Positions 1 to 9,216 are shown, counted from the first letter of the stretch. The stretch: 59,561 bases of DNA from an uncultured Gammaproteobacteria bacterium (GCA_964473565.1 CAYYPI010000004.1:1-59561), one strand, 5' to 3'. Made by a program: numbers and translations. Notes: a model not told the origin generated them from the sequence alone.

Positions 1-59
1 TCATTAACAAATATTAATTATCCACAAAGTGTAACTTTAACTCTGCAACAGTACAGTTA

Positions 60-88
60 TTGACTTTAGACCTTGGTATTGATATATT
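60..88 (+). promoter_or_regulatory. Candidate sigma70-type promoter (TTGACT-17-TATATT) upstream of the 149..967 ORF
   Basis: TTGACT at 60-65, a 17-nt spacer and TATATT at 83-88, about 60 nt upstream of the ATG. AT-rich background makes chance matches likely. Confidence 0.35.
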
Positions 89-148
89 AACTTAATTGCT
101 ATTTACAATTAAATAAATTCGAAGTATAAACCAAGAAAAATTATTGAA

Positions 149-967
149 ATGAAAAAAAATCAGAAAAACAGCCTAAAGGCAGCAGTATTATTCACAGTTC
201 TTATCCTTTTAGGAACTTTAATGAATTCCTGTGAGAAAACCCATGATGTAGAGGACTTACCCAGTTCGCTAGAGTGGTCAGAAGACCTTAAAGATCAGAT
301 TGAAACCATTAGGCAATCGGAAAACATTGATTTAGCTGAAGAAAACCTGGAGCAAAACGACTTTCCTTTAAAGGTCTTAAGTCAGATACCTGAAAAAGCA
401 GAAGAACTTAATCTGCCTTGGGCTGACCAGGCTGAGTCACTTAAAATTGAGTTGTCATTGTTTACAGCCGGTGAGAAACTAAAACTTCTTGATGAAAGTA
501 CAAATAAAGAATTCAAGGCCAGATTAAGCGGCTTTGAACCTGGTTTTATTGTTGATTACAACAATGATTTTCATCACTATCTTTTAGAGAGCTTTACTAA
601 AGTTTTAAATGATCAAGAGCTTGAACTAGTCTTTTTAAAAGATTACAAGGAAGTAAAAGAGGAAAAAAAGGTGGATGAAGTTATAAAGAGCGTGCACTTT
701 ACCAGTCAGGTTTATCCTTGCTCAGTGTATGACAATATCCATTATTGGATTGTCTTTGCTAAAGACAATGATATTAAACTTAAAGGTCATGGAGAATTTT
801 ATGACAAAGAGTGGAGAGATATTACCTACGATGAGGCTCAGGATAAGCTGGACATTGGTTACATTATTGCTCTTAATTTACCCAAAGGTAGTAAATATGT
901 TAAGATGCAATCCGGTCAAGAGTTTGTTGAAACTCCAGAGAAAAAAATGGCTGTGAGTTTGCCATAA
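149..967 (+). CDS. Secreted or lipoprotein-like hypothetical protein
   Basis: 272-aa ORF with an N-terminal basic and hydrophobic signal sequence ending in ..LMNSC (weak lipobox). A terminator hairpin follows. I recognise no family motif. Confidence 0.75.
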   Translation: MKKNQKNSLKAAVLFTVLILLGTLMNSCEKTHDVEDLPSSLEWSEDLKDQIETIRQSENIDLAEENLEQNDFPLKVLSQIPEKAEELNLPWADQAESLKIELSLFTAGEKLKLLDESTNKEFKARLSGFEPGFIVDYNNDFHHYLLESFTKVLNDQELELVFLKDYKEVKEEKKVDEVIKSVHFTSQVYPCSVYDNIHYWIVFAKDNDIKLKGHGEFYDKEWRDITYDEAQDKLDIGYIIALNLPKGSKYVKMQSGQEFVETPEKKMAVSLP

Positions 968-977
968 TAAGTAATAT

Positions 978-1007
978 AAGTCGCTCTACTAAAGCGGCTT
1001 TTTTATT
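978..1007 (+). terminator. Rho-independent terminator
   Basis: aagtcgct ... agcggctt stem (one G-U pair) followed by TTTTTATT, 11 nt after the stop codon. Confidence 0.7.
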
Positions 1008-1108
1008 AAAATTTATATTAATATGTGTATAAGTACTATTGACAAATACGGATAAATTGCTATGATTAATTATCAGCAATATTGCTGATTAGAACCTTAA
1101 AATTTAAT

Positions 1109-1462
1109 ATGATGTTAATATTACTGAACTTATCCTTAGCCTTGCATTATATTATTATTTTTTTATTGCTATCAATTTTCATATTAGGTTTATTATACTT
1201 TGCCTCATCATTAAAGATGATAAAGTTCAAGAAAGAAATTTTATATTATGCCATTATTGTAAACAGCCTGCTTCTAGCAGTAGCTGCTACTATTGAGATT
1301 GGTTTTGATATAAATTGGTATACTGCTTTAGCAATGACTTTCTTTTTTGTTTTTGGTATTTACTTGCTGATGAAAAGTGATGATGAAGATAAAAAGAGTT
1401 CAGAGTCTGATGATAATAATGAATCAATCAATGAGTGTAAATCCAGTGATGAAAATCACTAA
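1109..1462 (+). CDS. Small membrane protein with an acidic C-terminal tail
   Basis: The ORF track opens at a TTG (1082); the first ATG is at 1109. It has three hydrophobic helices followed by a D/E/S-rich tail, and a terminator follows. Confidence 0.6.
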   Translation: MMLILLNLSLALHYIIIFLLLSIFILGLLYFASSLKMIKFKKEILYYAIIVNSLLLAVAATIEIGFDINWYTALAMTFFFVFGIYLLMKSDDEDKKSSESDDNNESINECKSSDENH

Positions 1463-1475
1463 TTATACAATTATG

Positions 1476-1505
1476 CCCTTGCAAAAAAACAAGGGTATTT
1501 TTATT
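1476..1505 (+). terminator. Rho-independent terminator
   Basis: cccttg-caaaaaaa-caaggg hairpin followed by a T-rich run. Confidence 0.7.
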
Positions 1506-1579
1506 AAAAACTTATTAAGAACAAATTAAATATTTGTTAACTGGAGATTAAATATTTATTAACTTATAAAGATTAACAA

Positions 1580-1602
1580 TAAAAAAACTAGCCTGGCTAG
1601 TT
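1580..1602 (-). terminator. Candidate terminator for the HTH gene
   Basis: On the minus strand, aactagccaggctagtt hairpin followed by TTTTTTT, about 35 nt after the stop at 1637. The loop is very small, so confidence is moderate. Confidence 0.45.
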
Positions 1603-1636
1603 ATTAAAAAATTATTAAATTTAAATTAAATTTATA

Positions 1637-1942
1637 TTAACTCATTTTATTCTCATCTTCCTTTTTTTCTTCCTCTCTCTTTCTATTATATTCTTTTACA
1701 TATTGACCAAGGCCAAAAGTATTTAGTCGGTTTCTTAGTTTAGTGCTTTTTTCTAAATATTCAATCATGGATAAGAGCTCAACGTAATATCTGCCGTTAG
1801 CTATCCTATATTTTAAACCACCTATATCTTTTACAGCCCTTCTAATAGTTTTATCACTCACACCAGCAAGTTTAGCTGCTTCTGAGATAAGTAGCCAGAT
1901 AGGGTATCTTATTAGTTTTTCTTGTATTTTTCTACGTACCAT
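1637..1942 (-). CDS. Small helix-turn-helix DNA-binding protein (excisionase/MerR-like HTH)
   Basis: 101 aa. The segment LISEAAKLAGVSDKTIRRAVKDIGGLKYRIANGRYYV fits the excisionase-family/MerR-type HTH pattern. The C-terminus is K/E-rich. Confidence 0.7.
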   Translation of the reverse strand: MVRRKIQEKLIRYPIWLLISEAAKLAGVSDKTIRRAVKDIGGLKYRIANGRYYVELLSMIEYLEKSTKLRNRLNTFGLGQYVKEYNRKREEEKKEDENKMS

Positions 1943-1948
1943 TTGGGG

Positions 1949-2070
1949 ACTTTAGTCCAGGAAACTCTGGACTAAAGTACACTTTTTGGCATAATTTTAG
2001 TCTAGAAAACTCTGGACAGAACTTTTAGCTTTTAAGGAGACTTTAGTCCAGGAAAACCTGGACTAAAGTC
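1949..2070. promoter_or_regulatory. Array of three palindromic operator-like sites
   Basis: There are perfect inverted repeats at 1949-1978 and 2039-2070 and a degenerate copy at 1996-2021. Dyad centres are 45 and 46 bp apart. Confidence 0.6.
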
Positions 2071-2406
2071 TATATTTCAATGCTTGCACACTTTTTTAAA
2101 AAAATCAAGAGCTAAAGCTCCTCTAGAGCTAAATTATTAGTTTTCATTTCATGAGCTAAATATTATGATTGTGAATATAGTTTTGTTTTAGATCTTGATA
2201 TTTGTCTAATTTTTAGTTTTAAAACTAATCTAATTACTACTTATATTTATCTCCTTTACTTTCAGATTAATTGTATTTTTTTGTTACTATTTCAAAGTTT
2301 GAGCGTATTGATTTTTTAGATGATAATTGCTATATTATACAGATAAAAGACAGGAATAGTCCTGTTTATATTTGAGTAGAAAAAATAAGTATATAATCTT
2401 AAGATA

Positions 2407-2997
2407 ATGAGCAGTAATCTGCTGAGGAAATTTAAAGAAAGTAACTTAAGTTCTAAGTCTCTTAGAAAAGACAAGCAGGCTTTTATTGAAATATATAGTT
2501 TGTATGTAGATGATATCTACCGCTTTATTTATTTCAAAGTTGGTCACAGAGAAGAGGCTCAAGATATCGCTAGTGATGTCTTTTTAAAGGCTTGGGATTA
2601 TATTGTTTTAAATAAGATTAATAAGTCTAAGAATCTAAAGGCTTTGTTTTATAAAATAGCTAGAAATTCAGTAATAGATTATTATCGCTCTAAAAGAGAT
2701 ACTAGCCCCTTAGAGAGCCTGGAAAACACAGATTTAAAAGACATTAAGCAAGACCCTCAGGCGCTGACAGAAATAAAGCATGACTATGAGAGAATATTAA
2801 AACTTTTAAATAAGTTAAAAGAGGAGTATAAAGAGGTGATTGTGCTTAAACATATCAATGAGCTTAGCTGGGATGAGATCTCTCAAGCTCTAGGTAAAAG
2901 CAAGGGCTCTTTACGCGTATTACTGCACAGAGCAACTAAAGCGCTTGAGGAGGAAGATAGGAAGGATATGGAAGCTAAAAATACAGATAATGAGTAA
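2407..2997 (+). CDS. RNA polymerase sigma factor, ECF (sigma-70 group 4) family
   Basis: 196 aa. Region 2-like segment: IYRFIYFKVGHREEAQDIASDVFLKAW. Region 4 HTH segment: VIVLKHINELSWDEISQALGKSKGSLRVLLHRATKAL. Confidence 0.9.
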   Translation: MSSNLLRKFKESNLSSKSLRKDKQAFIEIYSLYVDDIYRFIYFKVGHREEAQDIASDVFLKAWDYIVLNKINKSKNLKALFYKIARNSVIDYYRSKRDTSPLESLENTDLKDIKQDPQALTEIKHDYERILKLLNKLKEEYKEVIVLKHINELSWDEISQALGKSKGSLRVLLHRATKALEEEDRKDMEAKNTDNE

Positions 2998-3058
2998 ATA
3001 AATTATACAGTCTAACTTAGACAACTGTAACAAATTAAATTCAATTACGTATACTAAG

Positions 3059-4129
3059 GTGAAAGCTAATTTTCGCCCCATGAAAAAATCATTACTCACA
3101 CAAGTTCATAAACTAAGAGATATTCAACCTGACAAGCAGTGGAAAGCTGAGAGTCAGGAGTTTTTGCGTGCTCAAATTAGTGATGATGTAAAGACTGGGG
3201 CATTCTTTAAAGTAATGGTTTGGATAAAGGATTTTGCAAAAGTTTCTTCTCAGCCAGCCTTTGCTCTAGCTGCTTTTATTTTAATATTAATCACTGGTAC
3301 AGTTTTCTTTAATCCTATGCTATCTGATGCTAAACCTAACGACTCTTTATACATAGCTAGAATCATTAGTGAAAAGGCACAGGTTAATATGACATTTAAC
3401 AAAGAAAACAGAGATAGGTTATCTGCTCAGTTTGCAACTAACCATGCTAAAGATATTACTAACTTAATTAATGATCCTAACTTTCAGAGTAATGAAGATA
3501 GTAAAGACAAGATTGCTGACTTAAGCAATGATTTTAATAAAGAGATTAATTCTGCTAGAGAAAGTATTAATAATATTAACAGAAGAGATGAACTTGCTAG
3601 TGAGCGCAGAAATAATAATTCAAACAATAATTCAGATGAGAATAATGATTTAGAAGCTGACTCTGATAGCAGTGAGGATTTACCAGTTGATGATGAAGGT
3701 GCGGTTATAAGCGCTGACACCAGAAAGGATGATCAAGGTTTAGAGATAAATATTAAAAATAATAATGATAAAGGGGTTGATGTTTTAAACAGTGATGAAG
3801 AGCTTCCTGTTGAAACTGAAGAAGTAGATGAGGATAAAGAGGTAGCTAATGAGGAAGTGGAAGATAATGAAAATAGTGATAGTGCTGATGAAACTAAAGG
3901 CAGCGATGAAGAAGAAAATGCTTCTTCAACTTTAAATCAACTTCAAAGCATGACTGAGGAGGTTGATAAAGAAGGAGGAGATGTTGATGAAACTAGCAAG
4001 GCTCTAGATGATGCGCAAAGACTTTTTAATGAAGAGAAGTATCAAGAGGCTTTAGAAAAGCTAAATGAAGTAGAGGGTATGCTAGAAGGAGTTAGCTCTG
4101 AAATTAGTGATGACTCTAGTCTAGAGTAA
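3059..4129 (+). CDS. Single-pass membrane protein with an acidic low-complexity ectodomain; putative anti-sigma factor
   Basis: It lies immediately downstream of the ECF sigma gene and has one TM helix (FALAAFILILITGTVFF) and a D/E/N/S-rich C-terminal half. The start is either GTG 3059 or ATG 3080. The anti-sigma role is inferred from position only. Confidence 0.55.
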   Translation: MKANFRPMKKSLLTQVHKLRDIQPDKQWKAESQEFLRAQISDDVKTGAFFKVMVWIKDFAKVSSQPAFALAAFILILITGTVFFNPMLSDAKPNDSLYIARIISEKAQVNMTFNKENRDRLSAQFATNHAKDITNLINDPNFQSNEDSKDKIADLSNDFNKEINSARESINNINRRDELASERRNNNSNNNSDENNDLEADSDSSEDLPVDDEGAVISADTRKDDQGLEINIKNNNDKGVDVLNSDEELPVETEEVDEDKEVANEEVEDNENSDSADETKGSDEEENASSTLNQLQSMTEEVDKEGGDVDETSKALDDAQRLFNEEKYQEALEKLNEVEGMLEGVSSEISDDSSLE

Positions 4130-4335
4130 TTGCACTTTGTGAATTACCTATTTTATTTATTTGTTAATTTTTGAAGTAGTTAATTATATAAAAGATATCA
4201 ACTTAGTGTGAATTTAGGTAGCTTATATAGAAATATATAGATAAGCTAAAAAATCCACATTAAGTGGAGGAGCAGAGGATATCAAGGTCGATACCTATTA
4301 CGATAGGTGGCCAATGCTAATTAAAAATCTAAAAA

Positions 4336-4561
4336 GGTTTTTAATCTCTACTTCATAGATCGATTAAGCTTTTCTCCACACTAATACATGTAAATTACTT
4401 ATATTATTACTTAATAATTATATAAGTAAAAACAAAGTATAGTGTGGGAGAGAATATCCCCCATGTATTTTTTCCCAAAAACCACTTTAAAACATTTATT
4501 TGTATTAGTGTGTGGGGAAGCGGGATTCCGATTGATCTATATATAAGTAGATTTAAAAACC
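4336..4561 (+). repeat. Long imperfect inverted repeat / structured element in the 500-bp leader of the surface-protein gene
   Basis: Arm 4336-4388 pairs with arm 4501-4561 in blocks of 12, 10, 7 and 9 bp plus a G-U-rich block. An apical hairpin lies at 4396-4429. Confidence 0.55.
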
Positions 4562-4629
4562 GAAAATTAAATTATATTATCTGTTTAGCCTTTTGGCTCA
4601 GACATTAATATAATTAACCAAACAGAATT

Positions 4630-7600
4630 ATGAATAAATTACGCAGAATTTTTACTATCAGCGTAATGGTAATGACAGTAGTAGTTATGAGTGGTGCAAT
4701 AGTTGCTCCTACAAATGCTGCAGCTCAAGCCGGAGATCTTATTAAGATGGACGGATTAAGCGCTGTATATTACCTAGGCGATGATGGTCAAAGATATGTT
4801 TTCCCAAATGAAAGTACTTACTTTTCATGGTACAGTGATTTCAGCGGAGTGGTAACAATCCCTTCTTCTGAATTACAAAGCTACCCAATCGGTGGTAATA
4901 TTACTATGAGACCTGGTACTAATTTGGTGAAAATCACAACTGATCCAACTGTTTACGCAGTTGAACCAGGAGGCGAGCTTCGCGCAATTGCGAGTGAAGC
5001 CAGCGCTGTAGAATTATATGGTCCAGAATGGGCTGAAAGAGTAGTAGATGTAGCTGATTCTTTCTTCGTTAACTATGAAGTTGGAGAAGAGTTAGCAGCT
5101 GACACTTACCCAACTGGTGCTTTAGTGCAACCAACAGGTAGTGTTGATGTTTACTACGTAGACAATGGAGAATATCGTCCATTTGCAAGTGAAGCTGCAT
5201 TCTTAGCTAACAACTTTAGCTGGGATGACGTTATTATCACTGACAACGAAGTTACTTCATTAGGAAGTGAAATCAGTGGTTATGTTCCAGAGTTATTTAA
5301 CCCAGCAAACGCTGCTGTAGATGGCGGTGATGTACCAACTGGAACAGGTTTAAGTGCTGCTTTAAGCTCTTCTACTCCAGCTGCTACAACTATCCCTTAT
5401 AATGTTCAAGGTCAAGTTTATACTTCAGTTAACTTCACTGCGTCTAACGACGGAGCTGTTGAGTTAACAGGTCTTGAAATTAAGAGAACTGGTTTAGGTT
5501 ATACTGAAAGCTTTGACAAAGTTTATGTAGAAGTTGACGGTGAAAGACATGGTAATAAAAGAACTTTAGGTTCTGACAATACTGCTAACCTATACTTCAA
5601 CACTGCAAGCTCAATGATTACTATTCCAGCAGGTGAAACTGTTACTGTAGACATTGTTGCTGACATGGATGCTGGTGTAGATTATAGAACAGGTGACAAT
5701 GCTTTAAGCATTGTTGGCGCTAGTTCAGTTGACGCAAGTGCTACTGTAACTGGATCTTTTCCAATTACAGGTAACATGATGTCAGTTTCTGGTGTTGCTG
5801 CCCCTACTGCTCAACTTGATTTAGTAGATGATGCAGAAGATGTTTATTTAGGTGATGAACAAGTAGAGGTTGCTGAATTTAGTGTAGATAATACCTCAGA
5901 TTCTGAACATATTTCATTTACTGAAATTACTTTAGAAAACATTGGTACAGCTGATGAGAATGAAGTAATTAATTACACATTATACAATGATAGCGACGAA
6001 GTTGTTGCTGGTCCAGTAGATGCCAACTCTAATGATATGATTAGATTTGTCTTAGATGACTCTGTAGAATTAGAAGATAACAGAGATGAAACTTTTGTTG
6101 TTAAAGCTGACATTTATGATGGTAGAGCTCAAACTGTTGAATTAGTATTAGATGAAACAACTGACTTAAAAGCTGTTGGTTTAAATAATGGCTTTAACGT
6201 TGTAATCTCAGATGATGTTCATAATGATTCATCTGTTTACACAATTAATGGAGGTGATTTAAGCTTCTCTGAAGCTAATAGTAATCCAGGTAGTGTAGAT
6301 GTAGCTCCTCTAGACGAGGATGTGTTATTCTTAGCTGCTGACGTTGAGGCTCTAGAGGAAATGATGACTATTACAGATGTTACTCTAGACCTTTCTACAG
6401 GTTCAGCTAATGCAAGTTCTCTTGAGGCAGTAACTATTTATCTTGATGGTGATGTTGTTGCTGGTCCAAGTGATTTTAGTACAGCTACCTCTTCAACGAT
6501 CAGTTTTGATGAAGAATTCCAAGTTTCTGGAACTCAACTGTTAGAAGTAAAAGCTGACATTGCTGATGGTGCTGCAGCAGGAACTTATAGAATTGATTTA
6601 GATTCAACTTTTGTTGTTGCAGAGGATGAAGAGGGTGATTTAGTAAAAAATGATGGTAGTGAAGATGATAAAATCAAAGGAACTGTTGAAGGCGCTAATA
6701 TTACAGTTGATACTGGTACTCTAGACCTATATGTTGATGCAACCTATGGAAACAGAAGCTTAGTTGCTGGCGATGATCTATTGGTTGGTCAATACATCAT
6801 TGAAGCAGGTGATGCTGAAGGTGTTAAGATTGATAGATATGTAGTTGGATTTACAGATGGTACTGGAACTTCTATTGATGATGTTGATATTAATGAACTT
6901 TACATCTCAGAAGATGACGATGTAGTAACAAGTGTTTCTGGTGACACAAGCTTTAATGTAAACGAAGAATTAGCAGCTGGTGAAAACAAAGTTGTTAAAG
7001 TTTATGTTTCATTAGATTCTGATTTAGATATATCTTCTGCAGATGTAGTAGCAACTACTTTAAATGTTGAAGGTGAAGGTTTAGTTTCTGGTCAGCCATT
7101 AGAACTTACTGCAGTAGATGGTCAAGAAATGACTCTAACTACAGGTGAGTTAAATGCAGATATTTCTGCAGGTACTCCTGACAGTGATATCGTTGTTGCC
7201 GGTACTTCTGATGTTAATGTGGCTGAATGGGAATTTGAGGCAGTAAATACATCTTATGAGTTAAAAGATGTTAAAGTAACTGTATATGATGGTACAACAT
7301 TTGATGAGGGAAACATTGATAAAGCATTAGTAACAAGTATGACACTTAACGGTGAAACAGCTACTGTTATTAATGGTGTTGCTACTTTTGATGGTCCATT
7401 TGAAGTTGCTAAAGATGATGACTTAAAGTTATCTCTACAAGCCACTTTCAATGGTGACTTTAACTCTATTACTTCTGGTGATGTAGCTAACTTTGCTATT
7501 ACTGAATACTCATATAGAGCAGCTAATGAAAATAGTGACACAGTAGAGGACTCTCTTGATATCGATAATTATGATACAGGTGAGTTAATGTATGTAAGAA

Positions 7601-8073
7601 ATACAGTTCCTACAATCACAACTTCTGCAGGTGATACAAGTACATTAAAATCATCAGAAAATGAAATGATGAATGTACATGTTACTGCTGATGAAGCTGA
7701 TGATGTTACTATTGTAGATCTAGGTCTTAACATTTATAGTGATGTTGGCGCCTCTGGTGACAATATTACAATAAATGTGTTAGATTCTAACGGTGATACT
7801 GTTGGTACTGCAACTTCTTCATATGATAGTTATAACGCAGGTACAGATGTAGCTGTTACATTAGATGAAGTTATTCCAGCTGATCAAACTGAGGTTTATA
7901 CTGTAAGTGTAACCTATGACAGTAGTACTCCTGCAGAAGATGAAATACTAAGAGTTAAGTTAGTAGAAGATGGTTTTGTATGGGGTGATGAAGAAGATGA
8001 TAATATTAATGTATCTGCAGAAGCAGGTATAATCATTCCTTCAACCGGTGTAACTTACGAAATTACTAAGTAA
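4630..8073 (+). CDS. Large secreted acidic cell-surface protein (S-layer/adhesin-like)
   Basis: 1147 aa. It has a signal peptide ending ..PTNAAAQA, a very T/V/D/E/S-rich beta-type composition with no Cys, and a strong terminator. The function is inferred from composition only. Confidence 0.88.
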   Translation: MNKLRRIFTISVMVMTVVVMSGAIVAPTNAAAQAGDLIKMDGLSAVYYLGDDGQRYVFPNESTYFSWYSDFSGVVTIPSSELQSYPIGGNITMRPGTNLVKITTDPTVYAVEPGGELRAIASEASAVELYGPEWAERVVDVADSFFVNYEVGEELAADTYPTGALVQPTGSVDVYYVDNGEYRPFASEAAFLANNFSWDDVIITDNEVTSLGSEISGYVPELFNPANAAVDGGDVPTGTGLSAALSSSTPAATTIPYNVQGQVYTSVNFTASNDGAVELTGLEIKRTGLGYTESFDKVYVEVDGERHGNKRTLGSDNTANLYFNTASSMITIPAGETVTVDIVADMDAGVDYRTGDNALSIVGASSVDASATVTGSFPITGNMMSVSGVAAPTAQLDLVDDAEDVYLGDEQVEVAEFSVDNTSDSEHISFTEITLENIGTADENEVINYTLYNDSDEVVAGPVDANSNDMIRFVLDDSVELEDNRDETFVVKADIYDGRAQTVELVLDETTDLKAVGLNNGFNVVISDDVHNDSSVYTINGGDLSFSEANSNPGSVDVAPLDEDVLFLAADVEALEEMMTITDVTLDLSTGSANASSLEAVTIYLDGDVVAGPSDFSTATSSTISFDEEFQVSGTQLLEVKADIADGAAAGTYRIDLDSTFVVAEDEEGDLVKNDGSEDDKIKGTVEGANITVDTGTLDLYVDATYGNRSLVAGDDLLVGQYIIEAGDAEGVKIDRYVVGFTDGTGTSIDDVDINELYISEDDDVVTSVSGDTSFNVNEELAAGENKVVKVYVSLDSDLDISSADVVATTLNVEGEGLVSGQPLELTAVDGQEMTLTTGELNADISAGTPDSDIVVAGTSDVNVAEWEFEAVNTSYELKDVKVTVYDGTTFDEGNIDKALVTSMTLNGETATVINGVATFDGPFEVAKDDDLKLSLQATFNGDFNSITSGDVANFAITEYSYRAANENSDTVEDSLDIDNYDTGELMYVRNTVPTITTSAGDTSTLKSSENEMMNVHVTADEADDVTIVDLGLNIYSDVGASGDNITINVLDSNGDTVGTATSSYDSYNAGTDVAVTLDEVIPADQTEVYTVSVTYDSSTPAEDEILRVKLVEDGFVWGDEEDDNINVSAEAGIIIPSTGVTYEITK

Positions 8074-8103
8074 TTATATTTAAATAATTACTTTACAAAA
8101 AAA

Positions 8104-8140
8104 GAAAGAGCGGGATTAATTTCTCGCTCTTCTTTTTTTT
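8104..8140 (+). terminator. Rho-independent terminator of the surface-protein gene
   Basis: agagcg ... cgctct stem followed by a run of about 10 T. Confidence 0.6.
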
Positions 8141-8145
8141 TATTT

Positions 8146-8191
8146 GGTTTAATTGACAAAAATGGTGGTTTAATTGACAAAAATGGTTGGT
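8146..8191 (+). repeat. Tandemly duplicated left terminal inverted repeat of the IS
   Basis: ggtttaattgacaaaaatggt occurs twice head-to-tail, at 8146-8166 and 8167-8187. Confidence 0.9.
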
Positions 8192-8255
8192 GAAAATGCT
8201 ATTTTTGTTGTAATATTAAAGAAGAATTAAAAACAAATATAAACTAGTTAATAAT

Positions 8256-9216
8256 ATGACAAAAAAAACGCTGTATTTTATGTTTAAGTAAGAATGTTAT
8301 TAGGTGGGGAATAAGAAATGGAAAACAAAGGTATAAGTGTAAAAGATGCCATCAAATATTTACATGGAAGAACAAAGGCAAGTCATTAGATAAGCAAAAA
8401 GTGTGGTTTGAAAAATGGGTAATAGGTAAAAGGACTGTTGACGAAATAGCTGAAGAGAAAGGTTGCTCATCTAGAACTATACATCGTTTATTTAAAATAT
8501 ATCTAGACAATCCTCCAATACCACAGATTAAAGAAAACAATAGTTGTCACTTAATGATAGATGGAACGTATTTTGGTGATACTTGTTTACTTAATTATTT
8601 CGATAATGATTTAAAACATTTACAATATTTTGAACTAGTTAACAAAGAAAACTACATAGATTTTAAAATGGGCTTAGAACTATTAACTAAAGCTGGTTTA
8701 TACATAAAAACTATCACCTCAGATGGAGATAGAGGCCTAATTATGGCTATAAATGATGTTTTACCACATGTAGCACATCAACGCTGTTTAGTTCATATAC
8801 AGAGAATGGCTCTAGCTTACTTAACTCGAAATCCTAAATATCTTGCTGGCAAAGAATTAAGAGAAATTATTTTAGATGTACACAGAGTAAATAATCATGA
8901 AGAAAAAAAGGAATGGATACAAAGATATTATAATTGGGAAACTAAGTACTATGATTTTCTTCTTGAAAAAAGTGATTCATTATTTGAAAGCAGATTATAT
9001 AAACATTACAAGATTAGACAAACCAGATCTATTATTAAAAATGCTTTACCTAACATGTTTCACTATTTAGATGACATTAAAATACCGAAAACAAACAATG
9101 GTCTTGAATCTAGATTTTCTTATTTAAAAAACAACCTCCAAATTCATCGGGGGTTGTCTAAAAAGCACAGAAAGTCATTCTTGCTTTGGTATAATTGGTT
9201 TAGATATAACAAGTAA
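8256..9216 (+). CDS. Transposase (zinc ribbon + HTH + DDE). The ATG is out of frame with the main ORF across an A8 tract
   Basis: The main frame is open from 8260 to 9216. It encodes CILC..x19..CKRC, then the HTH segment TVDEIAEEKGCSSRTIHRLF. DGDRGLIMAINDVLPHVAHQRCLVH fits the Mutator-family transposase signature as I recall it. It also has an IS256-like TNNGLES segment. The only upstream ATG (8256) is in the 0 frame. Confidence 0.8.

Noticed and set aside
8146-8191. Short direct repeat, considered as a possible CRISPR or satellite seed.
   Set aside because: There are only two head-to-tail copies with no spacer. The sequence is the left terminal inverted repeat of the IS and matches the right end at 9220-9244.
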